From an uncultured Collinsella sp. (lineage in GTDB: Bacteria > Actinomycetota > Coriobacteriia > Coriobacteriales > Coriobacteriaceae): 64,000 nucleotides of DNA. Numbering within the stretch: the first letter of the stretch is position 1; each line of letters starts with the position of its first letter. The position numbers and the translations under genes were made by a program. Below are positions 61,700 to 64,000 of the stretch, piece by piece. Under the pieces are notes generated by a model. That model was given only the letters and a program-made list of their open reading frames with translations. It was not told the DNA's origin and did not search any database. The stretch spans positions 13,129-77,128 of the forward strand of contig CAAETD010000025.1 of the NCBI GenBank assembly GCA_900758885.1, written 5' to 3'.

Positions 61700-63004
61700 C
61701 TACTGGTTGTCAGCAGCCGAGAAATCCATATCGAGCGAGGAAACGGCCCAGCCGATATGGTTATCGGAGCGCACGAATTTGACGGTGTACTCCTGCTCGC
61801 CGCCCTTGGACAGCGATGCCTTCACCTTGGCGGTCGTCTCGGTCATGGACTGATCCATGCCCTCGACGGACACGGTGGCACCCTGCGGAATCGAGGAGAT
61901 GATCATCGACTTGGCGTCCTCGGACAGGCTCGAGGCCAGGCAAGACTCGGCCTTTGCGGTGTCACCGTCGCCGGCAGCCTGGAACAGATCGGTGATAACC
62001 GACTCCTGCGAGGGGAAGCCAAAGCCGCGCGTGTAGGCAAAGCCCAGACCGCCCGCAGCAATCAAGATGAGCAGAAGCAGCACGATGAAGACTTTGAGAC
62101 CCGTGTGGCGATGGCGACGACGGACCTTGGCCTGCTTACGATCCTGACGGTCCTGCTGGACCATCTCGGACTCGGACAGCGTAAAGAAGCCGGTGTCCGA
62201 GGGATCGGGCATAAACTGACCGGTCGCGCCCGTAGGATCGAGCGGATCGACGGCAGGAGCGTCCATCGCGGGCGCCGGAGCCGTGGCCATAGCCGTCTGG
62301 GCAGACAGCGCGGCAAGCGAATCGTGCACGCGGGCAAGCTCATCGGCCTGCTCGGAGGTGAGCTGGTAGATGCCATCGGCAGTAGCGGCGTTAAAGGCGT
62401 CGAGTGCGTCGGAGGGGCGGCCGGCGGCAGAAAGTGCCTGACCCATGCCGGCGTTGAGCGCACGCGTGTCGTCGCGGGGGCCGGCAAAGTCGATAGCCGT
62501 GCGGTAGGTCTCCACGGCATCCGCCGGACGGCCGAGCTTAATGAAGCAACGACCAAGCTCGCCCAGTGCGGCGGCAGGAGCCGGATTGGCGCCGTCGATG
62601 GCAGCCTGACGGAAGGCGGTTCCCGCGTTGGCATAGTCGCCCGACTGGAACAGCGCATTGCCCAGGCCGAGATAGGCCTTGAACGGCGTGGCATAGGAAG
62701 CATCCTGCGTAGCGGCAGAGAACGCCTGAGCGGCCGTCGTGTAGTCGCCCACGGCCGCGAGTGCCTTGCCGCGGTTGGTGAGCAGCGCGCCGCGCTTGCC
62801 GTAGGTGCCGTCATTGAGGGCAGCGGCGTAGGCCTCGGCGGCCTCGGCATACATGCCCAGGTGCATCAAGGCGTTGCCACGAAGGTGATCGGCCTCGCCC
62901 ATAATCTCATCGGGAGTTTTTGCCGCCCCAAGCATCTGGGCTGCAGCGGAAAAATCACCCGCGCGGTAAGCGGCGCGGCCCTGTTGGATCAGCTGGCTAT
63001 TCAA
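61700..63004 (-). CDS. TPR-repeat membrane-anchored protein
   Basis: About 6 TPR-like repeats, Pro/Asp-rich linker, RRRHRH plus one TM helix, small C-terminal domain. Confidence 0.8.
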   Translation of the reverse strand: MNSQLIQQGRAAYRAGDFSAAAQMLGAAKTPDEIMGEADHLRGNALMHLGMYAEAAEAYAAALNDGTYGKRGALLTNRGKALAAVGDYTTAAQAFSAATQDASYATPFKAYLGLGNALFQSGDYANAGTAFRQAAIDGANPAPAAALGELGRCFIKLGRPADAVETYRTAIDFAGPRDDTRALNAGMGQALSAAGRPSDALDAFNAATADGIYQLTSEQADELARVHDSLAALSAQTAMATAPAPAMDAPAVDPLDPTGATGQFMPDPSDTGFFTLSESEMVQQDRQDRKQAKVRRRHRHTGLKVFIVLLLLILIAAGGLGFAYTRGFGFPSQESVITDLFQAAGDGDTAKAESCLASSLSEDAKSMIISSIPQGATVSVEGMDQSMTETTAKVKASLSKGGEQEYTVKFVRSDNHIGWAVSSLDMDFSAADNQ

Positions 63005-63015
63005 GGAAGTCCCCT

Positions 63016-63558
63016 TTACTCGTGAACGATCTCGACATGGACGATCTCGTCGCCGGCACGCAGCTGCGAAATCACATCGAGACCCTCGACCGTGGTACCA
63101 AAGACGGTGTAACCGGAATCGAGGTTATGCTGGGCACCCAGGCAGAAGTAGAACTGCGAACCCGCGGAATCGGGGTCCATGGAGCGTGCCATGGCAAGGG
63201 CACCATCGACATGGCTGTTGCGCGGATTGGTGGCAAACTCGCCCTTGATGCAGTAGCCGGGACCACCGGTACCGGGCATGCCGTCAGGGCCCTCAAGACC
63301 GGCAGCGACGTCGGCGCCGGACATATCGCGGGTATTGGGGTCGCCGCCCTGAATGACAAAGCCGGGCACATAGCGATGGAACTTAAGGCCATCATAGAAA
63401 CCCATCGTGGAAAGCTCGCAGAAGTTCGCGACATGAATGGGAGCGCCCTCACCGTCAAACTTGACCTTGATGGTACCCTTCGACGTCTCGATAACGGCGC
63501 ACTCGTCGCCGGCAAGCTGATACTCGGGCGTGTAGAGCTCTTTCTTAAAACCAAACAT
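63016..63558 (-). CDS. Cyclophilin-type peptidyl-prolyl isomerase
   Basis: FYDGLKFHR..PGFVIQGGDP, GALAMARS..PDSAGSQFY, YTVFG. Confidence 0.95.
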   Translation of the reverse strand: MFGFKKELYTPEYQLAGDECAVIETSKGTIKVKFDGEGAPIHVANFCELSTMGFYDGLKFHRYVPGFVIQGGDPNTRDMSGADVAAGLEGPDGMPGTGGPGYCIKGEFATNPRNSHVDGALAMARSMDPDSAGSQFYFCLGAQHNLDSGYTVFGTTVEGLDVISQLRAGDEIVHVEIVHE

Positions 63559-63665
63559 GTGGTTCCTTCCTCGTGCGTTTAAAGCATATTTGTACGAATT
63601 GTAGCAATAAGCATGCGCTTACATCAATTGCGCACGTAGGTTATGCCGACTATGGCGAACTAATT

Positions 63666-64000
63666 TTAGGAACGCTGCTGCGGCTTCCAGGAACCCACAT
63701 TGGCGTCGTACTGGTTCAGTGCGCTGTTGCCGCCCTGCGCGATGGGCGCCAGGATATCGCTTTGGTGGGAACTCATCGACTCACCATCGGGAATGGCCAG
63801 CGAGATGTCCCAGCTCTGACAGATCACGTCGACACGCTCGTACATCCACTCGGCAAGCTGCTTTAAGTGGGCGATGTCATCCGCATAGACCGTATCGTCC
63901 TGATACTTAAGGTTGTTAAGCTCATCTTGCGTCTTTTTGATCTGGTCGCGCAGGGCGTAGGCACTCTGCGACAGCTCCTGACGGGTGGACAGTGGCGTTC
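63666..64000 (-). CDS. C-terminal part of a hypothetical helical protein (5' end outside the window)
   Basis: Open frame ...LSTRQELSQSAYALRDQIKKTQDELNNL...WKPQQRS* with stop at 63666-63668. Confidence 0.7.
   Translation of the reverse strand, partial: TPLSTRQELSQSAYALRDQIKKTQDELNNLKYQDDTVYADDIAHLKQLAEWMYERVDVICQSWDISLAIPDGESMSSHQSDILAPIAQGGNSALNQYDANVGSWKPQQRS

Overview
High-GC (about 60% by eye) core chromosome segment of an anaerobic Coriobacteriia actinobacterium; the Collinsella-like assignment is inferred from gene content and order. Almost all genes are on the minus strand. In coordinate order: lepA (partial), rpsT, holA, comEC, comEA, thiI, rpoZ, gmk, mihF, a pyrR-B-C-K-D-F operon with a complete PyrR attenuator, rpmB, an HUH (Y1) tyrosine transposase gene framed by 49-bp inverted repeats, adhE plus an APH-like kinase, proS-ispG-rseP-dxr-cdsA-uppS-frr-pyrH-tsf-rpsB, xerC-trmFO-dprA-comM-yraN-rnhB-rplS, ppdK and its regulator, glySQ, lepB-trmD-rimM-khpA-rpsP, dinB, rsfS-yqeK-nadD-obg-rpmA-rplU, a radical-SAM pair, rodA-mrdA-mreDCB, a TPR protein and a cyclophilin. 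No rRNA, tRNA or CRISPR array was seen. Most notable signals: (1) a 20-bp tandem-repeat box (TTTGGTCRGYTTTTGGTTTG, 18/20 identical) about 75 nt upstream of both natural-transformation operons (comEA-comEC and yraN-comM-dprA), a candidate competence regulon element; (2) the inverted-repeat-framed HUH transposase with an SD-occluding hairpin; (3) an RseP protease carrying an inserted winged-helix-like domain; (4) an apparent ATA start for xerC; (5) an identical hairpin before ppdK and its regulator, and a shared operator-like site before adhE and ppdK.
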